DNA of 26,342 nucleotides from a virus (Duplodnaviria; Heunggongvirae; Uroviricota; Caudoviricetes): IMG/VR virus record IMGVR_UViG_2850796239_000005, positions 1 to 26,342 of that record; one strand, 5' to 3'. Shown piece by piece: positions 18,567 to 26,342 of this stretch (position 1 is its first letter; each line of letters starts with the position of its first letter). The notes under the pieces were generated by a model. It saw only the letters and a program-made list of their open reading frames with translations, ran no database searches and was not told where the DNA came from. The position numbers and the translations under genes were made by a program.

Positions 18567-19064
18567 TGTCGCCATCATTACGCAAGGCTGTTGCAGTTGC
18601 TATTGGTGGCGGGGCTGTTTGCTATAGCATCTGTGTTAATCACTGGCCCAGGTGGTAACGATGGTCTGGAAGGTGTCAGCTACATACCATACAAAGATAT
18701 CATTGGTGTATGGACTGTATGTCACGGACACACCGGAAAAGACATCATGCCTGGTAAAACGTATACCGAAGCAGAATGCAAAGCTCTCCTGAATAAAGAC
18801 CTTGCCACTGTCGCCAGACAAATTAACCCGTACATCAAAGTCGATATACCGGAAACAACGCGCGGCGCTCTTTACTCGTTCGTTTACAACGTGGGCGCTG
18901 GCAATTTCAGAACATCGACGCTTCTTCGCAAAATAAACCAGGGCGATATCAAAGGCGCATGTGACCAGCTACGTCGCTGGACATATGCTGGCGGTAAGCA
19001 ATGGAAAGGGCTGATGACCCGTCGTGAGATTGAGCGTGAAGTCTGTTTGTGGGGGCAGCAATGA
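18566..19064 (+). pseudogene. R: SAR endolysin, phage-21 R type, frameshifted near its N-terminus as sequenced
   Basis: ATG 18566 (overlaps holin stop) gives [18 protein letters not shown] then goes out of frame. The main ORF (18591-19064) reads ...[39 protein letters not shown]... with the E-x8-D-x5-T catalytic spacing. Junction at T-run 18618-18620; one fewer T would restore ...[17 protein letters not shown]. Confidence 0.8.
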
Positions 19065-19528
19065 GCAGAGTCACCGCGATTATCTCCGCTCTGGTTATCT
19101 GCATCATCGTCCGCCTGTCATGGGCTGTTAATCATTACCGTGATAACGCCATTACCTACAAAGAGCAGCGCGACAAAAACGCAAGAGAACTGAAGCTGGC
19201 GAACGCAACCATTACTGACATGCAGCAGCGCCAGCGTGCTGCTGATGCACTCGATGCTAAATACACGAAGGAGTTAGCTGATGCGAAAGCTGAAAATGAT
19301 GCTCTTCGGCGCAAGCTTGATAATGGTGGTCGGGTGCTCGTCAAAGGAAAATGCCCTGTGCCATCCTCAGCCGAAACCTCCAGCGCCTCCGGCATGGGCA
19401 ATGATGCCACCGTCGAACTCTCTCCAGTTGCTGGACGAAACGTTCTCGGTATCCGGGACGGAATCATCAGCGACCAGACAGCATTGAGAATGCTTCAGGA
19501 GTACATCAGGACTCAGTGCCTGAAATAA
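19061..19528 (+). CDS. Rz: Spanin inner-membrane subunit Rz
   Basis: ATG 19061 overlapping the R stop (ATGA). N-terminal TM segment ([13 protein letters not shown]) then coiled-coil periplasmic domain. Confidence 0.8.
   Translation: MSRVTAIISALVICIIVRLSWAVNHYRDNAITYKEQRDKNARELKLANATITDMQQRQRAADALDAKYTKELADAKAENDALRRKLDNGGRVLVKGKCPVPSSAETSSASGMGNDATVELSPVAGRNVLGIRDGIISDQTALRMLQEYIRTQCLK
19281..19487 (+). CDS. Rz1: Spanin outer-membrane lipoprotein Rz1, embedded in Rz in the +1 frame
   Basis: ATG 19281 with GAAGGAG upstream. Signal peptide with lipobox VVGCSS, proline-rich mature region. Confidence 0.7.
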   Translation: MRKLKMMLFGASLIMVVGCSSKENALCHPQPKPPAPPAWAMMPPSNSLQLLDETFSVSGTESSATRQH

Positions 19529-19560
19529 ATTTTTTTGCAAATCACAAAGTCCATTTAATG

Positions 19561-19588
19561 AGCCTCGCACTTGCGGGGCTTTTATATG
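19561..19588 (+). terminator. Candidate intrinsic terminator downstream of Rz
   Basis: AGCCTCG-CACTTG-CGGGGCT hairpin followed by a T-rich tract (TTTTATAT). Moderate quality. Confidence 0.3.
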
Positions 19589-19732
19589 TCCGCAGTAAAC
19601 CGCGCATCGCAGCGCGTAACAATCCCGAGTTTTTCAGAAAGCTGAGCCTGAGAACTGCCGTATATGGTGGCGACCATCTCGGGGACGGCTTTTCTGTGCG
19701 AACAGGCTCATCTTTCTAAAAGGTAAGACGCT

Positions 19733-19951
19733 ATGAATATCGTTCCACTGAATTACAAAGGCGAACCTATCCGCTTCAATACTGATGGCTGGATTAATGC
19801 CACTGATATTGCAAAACGTTTCGGGAAGCGTCTGGATCACTGGTTGTCCAACGCTGAAACTCTCGAATACGTTAGAGCTCTGGATGAGGTTTATTCAGGT
19901 GAACCATCGAAAATTCTACATACCCGTGATTTTGAGGTGTACTGGCAATAG
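19733..19951 (+). pseudogene. KilA-N-domain protein, 3'-truncated by IS600 copy 1
   Basis: MNIVPLNYKGEPIRFNTDGWINATDIAKRFGKRLDHWL... fits the KilA-N pattern (from memory). Phage-derived sequence ends at 19932; the last 6 codons and stop are inside IS600. Confidence 0.5.
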
Positions 19952-19975
19952 CGGACACTACCATTTGTTCTTTTT

Positions 19976-20794
19976 TTAAGCAGCCATCTGATGATATTTT
20001 TCCCTGAAGGCTGCCGGGGAGATATTCCCCAGACGAGAGTGACGACGCTGACGATTGTAGAAAATCTCAATGTATTCCCGTATTACTGAGATGGCTTCAT
20101 CCCGGTTATTAAAACGATAGTGGCTCAGGCTCTCATTTTTCAGCGTTCCCCAGAAGCTTTCCATCGGAGCGTTGTCGTAACAGTTACCTTTACGCGACAT
20201 TGATGTTTTCAGACCAAACTGCTCCTGTATGACCCGGTAATCGTATGCGCAGTACTGTGAACCTCGATCAGAGTGGTGGATTAGCCCGGCAGGTGGGCGC
20301 TGGCTCCTGAGCGCCATAAACAGGGCTTTACCTGTCAGCTCTTTTGTCATGCGCTCTCCCATGGCGTAGCCGACAATTTCGCACGTATAAACATCTTTGA
20401 TGCCAGCGAGGTACAACCATCCCTCCTGTGTGGCAACATACGTCAGGTCCGCCACCCAGACCTGATTTGGTGCTGTAGGAGCGAACGTCTGGTTCAGCAG
20501 ATTTGGCGCAACTGGCAGATTGTGGTTCGGGTTCGTAGTCGCTCTGAACTTGCGTTTCTGCTTACAGCGTAGCCTTAGCTCCTTACGAAGACGTGCCAGT
20601 CGGTCACGACCAACGATGATGCCATTCTCTGCCAGCTCCGTCTGGAGCCGCCGGGTTCCATATGTTTCGCGAGTGCGGATATGTGCCACCTTAATCTCCA
20701 GTTTTAGCCGCTCATCACTTTGTTTTCTGTCTGAGGGTTCATGCTGTACCCAGTTGTAATAACCGCTCCTGGATACACCAAATACCTGACACAT
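19976..20794 (-). CDS. IS600-like OrfB (DDE transposase catalytic part), copy 1
   Basis: 272 aa, identical to the copy-2 OrfB except one residue (F vs S in QEQ(F/S)GLKTS). Carries the DDE region (...HHSDRGSQY...YDNAPMESFWG...). Confidence 0.85.
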   Translation of the reverse strand: MCQVFGVSRSGYYNWVQHEPSDRKQSDERLKLEIKVAHIRTRETYGTRRLQTELAENGIIVGRDRLARLRKELRLRCKQKRKFRATTNPNHNLPVAPNLLNQTFAPTAPNQVWVADLTYVATQEGWLYLAGIKDVYTCEIVGYAMGERMTKELTGKALFMALRSQRPPAGLIHHSDRGSQYCAYDYRVIQEQFGLKTSMSRKGNCYDNAPMESFWGTLKNESLSHYRFNNRDEAISVIREYIEIFYNRQRRHSRLGNISPAAFREKYHQMAA

Positions 20795-20829
20795 CGCTTC
20801 AATGGGAAATTGTTGTCGCCATTGTTCGA

Positions 20830-21132
20830 TTAACGCGTATTTTTCAGCGACTCCTGTGCAAAATACGCTGTTGCTTTTTTTAATATATCTCGCTCAAGGC
20901 GAGCTTCATTTAACGCCTTACGCAGTTGCAGAATTTCAGATTCCAGTTCAGCCACCGTGCGGGAACCAGGAGTACCGAGCCCTTTTCTGGCGGCGGTAAC
21001 CCATTGTCCTAAAGTGCCTTCAGGAAGGGATAATCGGGAAGCGCCTTCACTGATCGAAAGTTGATTTTCAAGAACCGTTCTGACAGCTTCGGCTTTGAAC
21101 TCTTTAGAGTAACGTTGGGTTTTTCTGCTCAT
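20830..21132 (-). CDS. IS600-like OrfA (HTH/leucine-zipper subunit), copy 1
   Basis: 100 aa MSRKTQRYSKEFKAEAVRTVLENQLSISEGASRLSLPEGTLGQWVTAARKG..., identical to copy-2 OrfA. Confidence 0.85.
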   Translation of the reverse strand: MSRKTQRYSKEFKAEAVRTVLENQLSISEGASRLSLPEGTLGQWVTAARKGLGTPGSRTVAELESEILQLRKALNEARLERDILKKATAYFAQESLKNTR

Positions 21133-21183
21133 TATTAGCTCCTTCTGATGCCATTCTATTTCAGGAAGGAGTGTCCGTTAAAC

Positions 21184-22719
21184 TCAGGCTACCTCAAAAT
21201 CCGCCTCAGGGTCTGCATTCGGGCCTTGCGGCGGATTTTCTTCGGTGTTGTCAATTTCAGTGTCGTCAATTTCGATGTCCCCGCTCAGGTCAATACCGCT
21301 GTACGGGCTGTCCTGCGCAGTCGCCAGCCGTTCGCGTACTTCGTTATTGGTCACTGCTCCGGTGCTCTCATAAATCTGATCCGTTTCCGCCTCAGTTTTA
21401 CGGATATTCGCCAGTTGCTCGCGCGTCAGCTCATGCAGGGGTTCAAATTCAAACGTGATATCAGGATCGATATCGCCGAACTCAGACAACTGGATAATAT
21501 CCAGCACCTTTTTCAGCGGTTTCTTCAGAAGACGGGTGGCAAGTGCAGCAATGGTGTCGTAAAACACCCGGATTTCACCCTCACTCGACGCATTCAGTCC
21601 CGTTGGGCTCAGCCCGGCGAATTTTACGGACGGTATGGCACTGACAAAGAACATGTGTTCCTGTGCCTGCGCCTGAAGGGTGTCGAGGCCGCTCAGGGGA
21701 GTGTTGAACTGGAAAAACTCTTCGTTCGTCTTGTCCAGCATCAGCAGCCCGCGGTTATCACGGGTACGGTTAAACAACTCCGCGCGTTTTGCGTAATTCG
21801 GGTCCCTTTTACCACTTAATACCTGTGTCATATCCGTCTTAATCCCGCTCAGCGAAAACGAATGCAGCATATCGCCCACGCTGTCGCGTGTTCGCAGCCA
21901 GTTATCAACATAAGGCTCAGCAATCTGAACCAGTGACAGGCCGCCAAAGTTGTAGGCCGGCTTCAGCATGTCCGGAACCGGACGGGAGATCAGATCAATC
22001 ATGCGGCTGGCGTGAACCGTTTTTCCCATTACGTACCATTCGGACGGACGGTAAAAATCATCACTCAGCGGATTATCCGCGTTATATATACCCGGATACG
22101 TCCAGACGGGTTCAATAACACGAAGCCCCAGCAGGGAACCTTTCGGGATTTTTTTGTCGGAAATAAACAGTCCGGATCCCAGCTCCGCCGGGTCAGTCCA
22201 GGCAGATATACCCGATGGCGAACGCACATCAATATAAATCTGCCCTCGCCCGAAAAAGCCGTCGTGCTCAATCGCCAGTCTGAAAACGTCCTGTACGTTA
22301 TAGTGCTCCAGTGCGTCAGTAAGCTGCGCTATGCGTGACGCGTGGCTGTCGTCCCCTTCTCCGACCGCCTTAACCTTTATCCACTTACGGGTCATCTCCT
22401 CGGCAAGCACACTGACCATACGCCGGTACTCCGGTAACTGCGCCTGAAGTGCCAGATACGGATAGCCCGGGAAACCACCATAAACAAAATCAGGATAATG
22501 ACTGTTCAGGGTGTCATACGGTGTTGCATCCATTGCCAGCACAGCATCGCGAACCGGTGCCGGGATAACGCCCGGTGGTGGCTCATAGCGAACAAACTCC
22601 CTCCGTGGTTTCTGCCGGACGGAAGCGATCACCTCATCGTTAATTTCCGGTGGCTGTGGTTCAGGTTGTTTGTCCGGTACCGCCGGCGCTGACGGTTCTT
22701 TTCGTTTAAACGGCCACAT
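21184..22719 (-). CDS. Phage portal protein; extreme 3' end displaced by IS600 copy 1
   Basis: ATG at 22719-22717 shares one base with the TerL stop (TGATG). About 510 aa with acidic C-terminal tail. Last 3 codons and stop (21184-21196) are IS-derived, so the amount lost is unknown. Portal call rests on position after TerL, size and composition. Confidence 0.65.
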   Translation of the reverse strand: MWPFKRKEPSAPAVPDKQPEPQPPEINDEVIASVRQKPRREFVRYEPPPGVIPAPVRDAVLAMDATPYDTLNSHYPDFVYGGFPGYPYLALQAQLPEYRRMVSVLAEEMTRKWIKVKAVGEGDDSHASRIAQLTDALEHYNVQDVFRLAIEHDGFFGRGQIYIDVRSPSGISAWTDPAELGSGLFISDKKIPKGSLLGLRVIEPVWTYPGIYNADNPLSDDFYRPSEWYVMGKTVHASRMIDLISRPVPDMLKPAYNFGGLSLVQIAEPYVDNWLRTRDSVGDMLHSFSLSGIKTDMTQVLSGKRDPNYAKRAELFNRTRDNRGLLMLDKTNEEFFQFNTPLSGLDTLQAQAQEHMFFVSAIPSVKFAGLSPTGLNASSEGEIRVFYDTIAALATRLLKKPLKKVLDIIQLSEFGDIDPDITFEFEPLHELTREQLANIRKTEAETDQIYESTGAVTNNEVRERLATAQDSPYSGIDLSGDIEIDDTEIDNTEENPPQGPNADPEADFEVA

Positions 22720-24338
22720 CAGATCCACTCCATAAAGTCATCAGAAATTACGATGGGCATTTCCATCGGGGCATAAGCAATCATCACAGAATCAGCCAGG
22801 TTTGGAGATTTCGTTCCGTCAGGTTGCTTATCCACAAGAATTTTTCCGGTGGCATTTTTTGACCAGGTAGGTTGTGACAGCTCCATCAACAACCGGTCTT
22901 TATTTTCCATTGTGCTGCTGATGGAAATAATCTCATCCGGGTCATACTCCATACCCTGTAGTGCACGAAATGTATTGCGGAATAATTTGCGAAGATGCCA
23001 CCACCCCTGGGCTTTGGCATTGACAAAAAAGTCCTTATTCAGACGAGCCGGTTTACCATTATCACCGGGAACAGCTTCATTTTCAGGATGAAACACGCTC
23101 CCGCTGCCCCGGAATGGAGTGGCGGTGATTTGACAGATGCCCTCCGCTTCACGCAGTTCGTTGATAGCGCGCGCATCACCACGAACGCCAGCACCCAATC
23201 CGTCCTCATCAAAGCGAAACTCATCGGCACCAAAGTCATCGCACAGACCAAAAACCTTAACCACAGAGTCATAGATGTCACTCCCCTTACCTGACCACTC
23301 CTGTACGTCATTCAGCAGGATGCCATAACGGAGCGAACAGGCGTTTTTATCCCGCCCTTCGTCGGCGACATCCATTGCACCAAGCCGTTGGCCGCCGGGC
23401 TGAATGCCCAGTCTGATATGTGCATCAACCGCAGCCTGTACCCATTCTGAGGGGATCAGGATGCCTTCTGCTGATGCCTGGTAATTAAGATCCAGTTCCT
23501 GGGCAACGATGACTGGGTTATCAATTTTCTCGCACTCCTTGTGATACCACTCATCGTCTTTACGCGGATCGCTACGCCAGTGAAACGTAAACACCGGGAT
23601 TTTTCCACTGTGCCGCTTCTGTGCGAAGGGGTTGTTCATGCCGTTAACCGATGAGAGATCGATACGACATCGGGTTGTCTGAGAAAGCGCGGCATCAATA
23701 AGTAATGGTCGCTGGAGAAAAGCAGCCTCATCCACAAAATAAAGGGTCGTACGGTCACCACGACCGATATTATCGCCAGCCTCACCTTTGATAACCGCGC
23801 CAGTTTCAGGAAACTCAACACGCATATATGGCGCATGCTTCTTCTCGCTCCACGAACCGCGAAACTCTACAGGTAGTGTTTCCACGAACTTGCGCGCCTT
23901 CCAGAACAATGCTTTCGGGTCACCGGTGCTGTCGACGTATTCCTCTTTACGGGAGCCGAAACCGATAACCATTTCTTTGTTGAAGAGACAAAGCGAGCAG
24001 GCCAGTCCGATCGCGGTCCAACTGAGCCCCATTTCACGGGATTTTTCGGTAATACCATTCTCCCGATTGCTCCAGCGTTCCATAATCCAGTGGATCCACT
24101 CCTCCTGCTTAGGGAAGAGTAAAAACGGAATGGTCACCGGCAGGCCATAATCAATATTACGCGGGTCCGTTGTCATGCCCCAGTCGATAATGAACTGAGC
24201 CGGGTTGGTACGGTAAAACTGTTTTAGTGCAGGCAATATTTCAGGATTCTGGCGAATGCGCTGTAGGCGTTCCATCCGCCATTCAAAAACCATCTGGTAA
24301 TCAGGATGTTTAAAATCGAAGGGGAATGGTAACGGCAT
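22719..24338 (-). CDS. Terminase large subunit (539 aa)
   Basis: ATG 24338-24336. ATPase N-terminal domain with Walker-B-like LYFVDEAAF and nuclease-type C-terminal domain. Immediately followed by portal. Confidence 0.85.
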   Translation of the reverse strand: MPLPFPFDFKHPDYQMVFEWRMERLQRIRQNPEILPALKQFYRTNPAQFIIDWGMTTDPRNIDYGLPVTIPFLLFPKQEEWIHWIMERWSNRENGITEKSREMGLSWTAIGLACSLCLFNKEMVIGFGSRKEEYVDSTGDPKALFWKARKFVETLPVEFRGSWSEKKHAPYMRVEFPETGAVIKGEAGDNIGRGDRTTLYFVDEAAFLQRPLLIDAALSQTTRCRIDLSSVNGMNNPFAQKRHSGKIPVFTFHWRSDPRKDDEWYHKECEKIDNPVIVAQELDLNYQASAEGILIPSEWVQAAVDAHIRLGIQPGGQRLGAMDVADEGRDKNACSLRYGILLNDVQEWSGKGSDIYDSVVKVFGLCDDFGADEFRFDEDGLGAGVRGDARAINELREAEGICQITATPFRGSGSVFHPENEAVPGDNGKPARLNKDFFVNAKAQGWWHLRKLFRNTFRALQGMEYDPDEIISISSTMENKDRLLMELSQPTWSKNATGKILVDKQPDGTKSPNLADSVMIAYAPMEMPIVISDDFMEWI

Positions 24339-24340
24339 AC

Positions 24341-24523
24341 TTAGCCCATCATTTTTCTATACGCCTCTGCAGCCTGCTCCGGCGTTAAGTTGGTAATTTC
24401 TGTTCTGACTGGTCCTCCATCAGCGCCAGTCACTTCATTTTTGACGTTGTCTTTAAACGCCTGAACAGAAACATTGAGGTAGCCTGAGTTTAACGGACAC
24501 TCCTTCCTGAAATAGAATGGCAT
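24341..24523 (-). pseudogene. Terminase small subunit remnant (3' 44 codons only), 5'-truncated by IS600 copy 2
   Basis: Phage-derived codons 24341-24474 (...[44 protein letters not shown]) end 2 nt before the TerL ATG. The N-terminal 16 residues of the track ORF are IS-encoded. Small-terminase call is by position only. Confidence 0.45.
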
Positions 24524-24538
24524 CAGAAGGAGCTAATA

Positions 24539-24841
24539 ATGAGCAGAAAAACCCAACGTTACTCTAAAGAGTTCAAAGCCGAAGCTGTCAGAACGGTTCT
24601 TGAAAATCAACTTTCGATCAGTGAAGGCGCTTCCCGATTATCCCTTCCTGAAGGCACTTTAGGACAATGGGTTACCGCCGCCAGAAAAGGGCTCGGTACT
24701 CCTGGTTCCCGCACGGTGGCTGAACTGGAATCTGAAATTCTGCAACTGCGTAAGGCGTTAAATGAAGCTCGCCTTGAGCGAGATATATTAAAAAAAGCAA
24801 CAGCGTATTTTGCACAGGAGTCGCTGAAAAATACGCGTTAA
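24539..24841 (+). CDS. IS600-like OrfA, copy 2
   Basis: Identical 100-aa translation to copy-1 OrfA. Confidence 0.85.
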   Translation: MSRKTQRYSKEFKAEAVRTVLENQLSISEGASRLSLPEGTLGQWVTAARKGLGTPGSRTVAELESEILQLRKALNEARLERDILKKATAYFAQESLKNTR

Positions 24842-24876
24842 TCGAACAATGGCGACAACAATTTCCCATTGAAGCG

Positions 24877-25695
24877 ATGTGTCAGGTATTTGGTGTATCC
24901 AGGAGCGGTTATTACAACTGGGTACAGCATGAACCCTCAGACAGAAAACAAAGTGATGAGCGGCTAAAACTGGAGATTAAGGTGGCACATATCCGCACTC
25001 GCGAAACATATGGAACCCGGCGGCTCCAGACGGAGCTGGCAGAGAATGGCATCATCGTTGGTCGTGACCGACTGGCACGTCTTCGTAAGGAGCTAAGGCT
25101 ACGCTGTAAGCAGAAACGCAAGTTCAGAGCGACTACGAACCCGAACCACAATCTGCCAGTTGCGCCAAATCTGCTGAACCAGACGTTCGCTCCTACAGCA
25201 CCAAATCAGGTCTGGGTGGCGGACCTGACGTATGTTGCCACACAGGAGGGATGGTTGTACCTCGCTGGCATCAAAGATGTTTATACGTGCGAAATTGTCG
25301 GCTACGCCATGGGAGAGCGCATGACAAAAGAGCTGACAGGTAAAGCCCTGTTTATGGCGCTCAGGAGCCAGCGCCCACCTGCCGGGCTAATCCACCACTC
25401 TGATCGAGGTTCACAGTACTGCGCATACGATTACCGGGTCATACAGGAGCAGTCTGGTCTGAAAACATCAATGTCGCGTAAAGGTAACTGTTACGACAAC
25501 GCTCCGATGGAAAGCTTCTGGGGAACGCTGAAAAATGAGAGCCTGAGCCACTATCGTTTTAATAACCGGGATGAAGCCATCTCAGTAATACGGGAATACA
25601 TTGAGATTTTCTACAATCGTCAGCGTCGTCACTCTCGTCTGGGGAATATCTCCCCGGCAGCCTTCAGGGAAAAATATCATCAGATGGCTGCTTAA
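24877..25695 (+). CDS. IS600-like OrfB transposase, copy 2
   Basis: 272 aa DDE transposase, one residue different from copy 1. Confidence 0.85.
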   Translation: MCQVFGVSRSGYYNWVQHEPSDRKQSDERLKLEIKVAHIRTRETYGTRRLQTELAENGIIVGRDRLARLRKELRLRCKQKRKFRATTNPNHNLPVAPNLLNQTFAPTAPNQVWVADLTYVATQEGWLYLAGIKDVYTCEIVGYAMGERMTKELTGKALFMALRSQRPPAGLIHHSDRGSQYCAYDYRVIQEQSGLKTSMSRKGNCYDNAPMESFWGTLKNESLSHYRFNNRDEAISVIREYIEIFYNRQRRHSRLGNISPAAFREKYHQMAA

Positions 25696-25706
25696 AAAAA
25701 GAACAA

Positions 25707-26342
25707 ATGGTAGTGTCCGCTATTGCCAGTACACCTCAATGCTTGGGCTTTTTATTCGCACATCGTGAGGAATGCACTGTGGAAATTAAAAAAATCATTA
25801 ATCCCCGTTATACCGAAAGTGGCGCAGTAGACTGTGACGTTTTTTTTGACGACAGGGACCAGGCAGTCCCCTACACAGCCACCGCTGATGATGTCGCTCC
25901 GACGGGTCAGCAAATCTGGCAGGAACTGCAAAGCGGCAAATGGGGTGAGATAGCCCCATTCACTGTGACACCAGAAATGCTGGAAGCGGCCAGAGAGGCC
26001 AGACGTCAGGGAATTGAAGCATGGCGCACAGAACAGGAGGCGAAGCCGTTCACGTTTGAATGGAACGGTCGTATCTGGGATGCTGGCCCCAACTCACTGG
26101 GCCGCCTTTATCCGGTGGTAATGGCTGCGAAATCCGACATTGTACGGGACGTGATGACGTGGGGTGATGCCGATAATCAGCAGGTGAAACTGTCGATGCC
26201 GGAACTGGAAGAACTGGCGGCAGCAATGGTGCAGGCTGTTGTTGAACGCAATGACGAGATTTATCGCCGTCAGCGTGAAATGAAAGAGGAGCTGAGCAGT
26301 CTGGATGATTTGGCTTCAATTCGGGCGTTTGACGTTGAGTAA
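25707..26342 (+). CDS. Phage late protein fragment (possibly tail or tail-fibre-assembly related), 5' end displaced by IS600 copy 2
   Basis: Phage-derived sequence starts at 25739; the first 10-11 codons of the track ORF are IS-encoded. Stop at the window end. Function is a guess from position; no confident family. Confidence 0.4.
   Translation: MVVSAIASTPQCLGFLFAHREECTVEIKKIINPRYTESGAVDCDVFFDDRDQAVPYTATADDVAPTGQQIWQELQSGKWGEIAPFTVTPEMLEAAREARRQGIEAWRTEQEAKPFTFEWNGRIWDAGPNSLGRLYPVVMAAKSDIVRDVMTWGDADNQQVKLSMPELEELAAAMVQAVVERNDEIYRRQREMKEELSSLDDLASIRAFDVE

Larger units (their letters stand above)
19933..21196 (-). mobile_element. IS600-like IS3-family element, copy 1 (1264 bp, minus orientation)
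   Basis: Ends TGAGGTGTACTGGCAATAGCGGACACTACC (19933) and GGAGTGTCCGTTAAACTCAGGCTACCTCA (ending 21196) are imperfect inverted repeats. Same length as copy 2. No direct-repeat target duplication; flanks are GATTT / AAATC. Confidence 0.85.
24475..25738 (+). mobile_element. IS600-like IS3-family element, copy 2 (1264 bp, plus orientation)
   Basis: Same termini as copy 1 (TGAGGTAGCCTGAGTTTAACGGACACTCC ... GGTAGTGTCCGCTATTGCCAGTACACCTCA). Inverted relative to copy 1. Flanks CAT / ATG, no direct-repeat target duplication. Confidence 0.85.

Noticed and set aside
19933-25738. Simple inversion by homologous recombination between the two inverted IS600 copies
   Set aside because: The junction flanks do not fit a single inversion of an intact phage (a 5'-cut small terminase abuts copy 2, and a cut KilA-N gene abuts copy 1). 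Extra deletions or insertions are required.

Overview
This window is a heavily decayed lambdoid prophage (E. coli/Shigella type) read from its int end into the late region, colonised by four IS copies. I do not see a convincing novel multi-gene system; the best accessory candidates are a HicAB toxin-antitoxin pair in the rexAB-equivalent position and a pair of ORF6N-domain paralogs beside int/xis. Gene order: truncated int and intact xis; accessory genes; an IS2 carrying a nested IS629; exo and a frameshifted RecT/Bet-type recombinase; small early-left genes and a Rha-family regulator; a cryptic N-like remnant with a boxA; hicAB; a frameshifted cI; PR and cro; a DUF559-like gene plus SF2 helicase and primase (not lambda O/P); a truncated ninG with no Q; a phage-21-type lysis cassette; then an inverted terminase/portal block bracketed by two inverted IS600 copies. 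Several key genes (recT-like, cI, endolysin R, N-like) carry single-base frameshifts at short homopolymers, so real pseudogenisation cannot be separated from sequencing error without reads. All family and IS identifications come from reading the translations and recalled sequences, not from a database search.
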